Source: Aplysia californica | Taxonomy: Eukaryota | NCBI RefSeq assembly: GCF_000002075.1 | Contig: NW_004797285.1 | Span: 239,862 to 303,861, forward strand | DNA: 64,000 nucleotides | Reading direction: 5' to 3' | In this document: positions 62,201 through 64,000 of the stretch, in pieces | Position numbering within the stretch: the stretch's first letter is position 1 | Layout: the number at the start of each line of letters is the position of its first letter | Translations under genes and position numbers: made by a program | The notes under the pieces: model-generated | Told to the model about the DNA's origin: nothing | The model's database searches: none | The model's input: the letters and a program-made list of their open reading frames with translations, nothing else

Positions 62201-64000
62201 GAGAGGAGGTGGTGGTGGTTGTACTGCAATCTACATCTGCTACCACCTCCAGTTGTTCGGGTGAATTTTCCCTTCCACCTCCTCCGATAAACTGCTCCTG
62301 AAAAGCTTTAGAAGCCGCTGCAGCGATGTGATGCATGCCCTGTCGGACTTGGACACTCTGCTCCACCGAGCCTGAAGAGACCCTAGTTAGAGGTAGTGAG
62401 GAAAACAACTGCCTGTTTTCAGAGACACATTCTGTCTGTTCTCTGTTGGTGGATGTGACCTGCAGAGTAAAAAAGCAGTATTCTGGTACAAAAAATTCAA
62501 AAGACCATAGCTATACTGAGAAGACACAACATCAGTCATTAGGTGCAAAGACATAGCAAGATAGACAGACAGAAGCAACGGACAAAGAGAAGACAAGTAG
62601 AACCTACCAGTGGTGTCCTCCATTCACCTGCATTGAGTGAGAACATAATCATTCAAATACAGAAAATCAATAGACCATAAGGAAAACATTTTATCACTGA
62701 TACAACCATAAAATATTTTTTCCAATGTTTATGACTAGGGCATACATCTGGAACGTCAGAGCAAAAAAAATCTGCCTCTAAGGTCAAAGTCTATGAAAAT
62801 TAAAGAAGTAGAAAGAGCAGACCACAATGAATCGTCCACCACATCCTGTAAAATTCTTATTGTTTTTATTCTTCTAAACTTCTCTCCTCACAGATCCTAA
62901 AAAGGTGCTTTAAAACAAACTTTGAAAAAGAAAAAGGGGAAAAAAAGATACAAAAGAAATGACAAACAAAACAAAACAAAAAAGAAAGTTTTAAAAAAAG
63001 GGGGAAAGAAAAAAAGAAAAGAAAGAGAGACATAGAGCAACACAAATTAAAAAAAAACAAAACCCAGAAAACCAGCACTTGAAACTTGAAAATCTACCCA
63101 CTTCTTCTTGTTTTCCTGAATGTTGTTTCATGTGACATCGCAGCGAGTCCTCTCGAACAAATCGGGAGCCACACTCCTCACACTGGTGCATCTTGCGATA
63201 GTTGGTGGAGCGCCGTGTCCGACCACACTCCACTATCTGCTCTTGATTGCTGGACCTCTGCTTTTTCACCTGCTCTGTGTTGGGTCGCGGAACTGAGAAT
63301 AAATGGGGGTTTCTTCTGGTGAACAAGCAACTTCATTTATCATGATGAGCTTATACTGAAAAGTTGGAGCAGGGTGGTGCTGCCTTCTCAAAATGAGCAA
63401 TTTGTAAGCTGGATTACTGTAAAAAATTTATTGTGTTGATCCTGTGCATGCCCCCAAAGGGCCAAAAAAGGAACCTATTTTTATTACAATAACAACATTT
63501 TACAAAAATATTTTTGTTTGGTCTACAGGGGTGCCATGAGAAGTTACATGTGCATTAGCAAATCAATAAATGAGGTACAAATTTTCAAACATGGGCAGAC
63601 TTAAGTGAACAAGCTATAACACATTTTCATCTCCGGGGATGGCAATAGAAAATGTTGTTGAAAATATTCTGTATACACGACCATTCCAGCTACTCCTGTA
63701 AGAGAAGAAAAAATTGTCGAGTAATCTTTCAAAGCCACCCCCACAGCAGCCGCACAAGGGAACTCACCAGGCTCAGAAGTACTGAAATTCTTCCCATGCA
63801 CCCCCGACTTGAACTTGTCCAGATGCAGGTTCTGGATGTGTTTCTTCAGATTCCCCCGTTGCTTCGAGGAGTAGGAACACACGTGGCACTGGAAAGGACG
63901 CACTGGGTTGTGGATGCTCATGTGATTCCGGAGTGCAGTCAGGCTGGTACATGTGTACTCACACCGCGTGCAACGTACAACCCGTTTAGAGTCGTGAGTT
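56252..64000 (-). CDS. ZFP64: ZFP64-like C2H2 zinc-finger transcription factor, 3' portion (5' end lies beyond the window)
   Basis: Exons 63768->64000, 63102-63292, 61557-62459, 61020-61121, 59913-60065, 57713-58739 and tentative 56252-56292; all GT-AG and in phase. Fingers CTRCEYTCTSLTALRNHMSIH, PFQCHVCSYSSKQRGNLKKHIQNLH and, after a spacer, CEECGSRFVREDSLRCHMKQH. These match the recalled last three fingers of vertebrate ZFP64 (KQPSNLSKH; FMREDSLRSHKRQH). Confidence 0.8.
57713..58739 (-). CDS. ZFP64: ZFP64-like exon, Q/S/T-rich region (about 342 codons)
   Basis: actttcacag acceptor, covers ORF 57696-58694. Ends at donor AAG/gtcagt, or reads on to the stop at 57696. Confidence 0.82.
59149..59413. 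mobile_element. piggyBac-type MITE (degenerate)
   Basis: TTAA on both sides; imperfect cacttttagtac / gtactgtaaggg ends. Confidence 0.5.
59913..60065 (-). CDS. ZFP64: ZFP64-like exon (51 codons)
   Basis: ELIRHLGLAQPTPPPATHIQIVLP...QQILLQ, donor gtttgg; phase 0-0. Confidence 0.78.
60101..60485 (+). mobile_element. RTE LINE 3' fragment in a ZFP64-like intron
   Basis: KRRKLKWYGHVTR...TILQGTLQGKRKRGRQRRRWEDNI plus a (gaa)n tail. Confidence 0.9.
61020..61121 (-). CDS. ZFP64: ZFP64-like exon (34 codons)
   Basis: gttcccag acceptor, EVKGEDPAAYNLQLVPQV...LALTQ, donor gtcggt; phase 0-0. Confidence 0.75.
61557..62459 (-). CDS. ZFP64: ZFP64-like exon, S/T-rich region (301 codons)
   Basis: ttttttactctgcag acceptor, covers ORF 61482-62408, donor gtttgt. 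Confidence 0.82.
63102..63292 (-). CDS. ZFP64: ZFP64-like exon with isolated last C2H2 finger
   Basis: ttctcag acceptor, HQCEECGSRFVREDSLRCHMKQH, donor gtgggt. Confidence 0.88.
63768..64000 (-). CDS. ZFP64: ZFP64-like exon with two C2H2 fingers (partial)
   Basis: Open frame from the window edge; donor gtgagt at 63767. Confidence 0.9.

Noticed and set aside
1-64000. CRISPR arrays, operons, rRNA or other prokaryote-type systems
   Set aside because: No regularly spaced repeats with unique spacers. The sequence is spliceosomal-intron-containing animal DNA.

Overview
Eukaryotic (metazoan) draft-assembly window with four N-gaps, each beside a simple repeat or repeat tail. The repeat content suggests an invertebrate, possibly a mollusc (inference). 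Two convergent intron-containing genes can be spliced by hand with GT-AG sites and continuous phase. The first is a complete TPX2 orthologue on the + strand (15 coding exons, 13156-39162, about 849 aa). The second is the 3' part of a ZFP64-like C2H2 zinc-finger gene on the - strand, entering from the right edge and ending near 56.3-57.7 kb. The rest is mostly transposon debris: I-group LINE remnants with RNase H, Rex1/Babar and RTE LINEs, tRNA-derived SINEs, and Tc1, hAT, piggyBac, PIF/Harbinger and Gypsy fragments plus MITEs. The most unusual signals are (a) recurrent 6-bp micro-insertions turning TA into TA-GATC-TA or TA-GGCC-TA, clustered at the TPX2 5' end; (b) three unrelated short retroposon bodies sharing one covarying 3' hairpin tail, one of them a promoter-less ~170-bp unit with its own TSDs; (c) a 7x7-aa S-P-x-K/R array in TPX2; (d) TPX2 adjacent to ZFP64, both on human 20q. 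All family assignments come from recalled motifs, not database searches.
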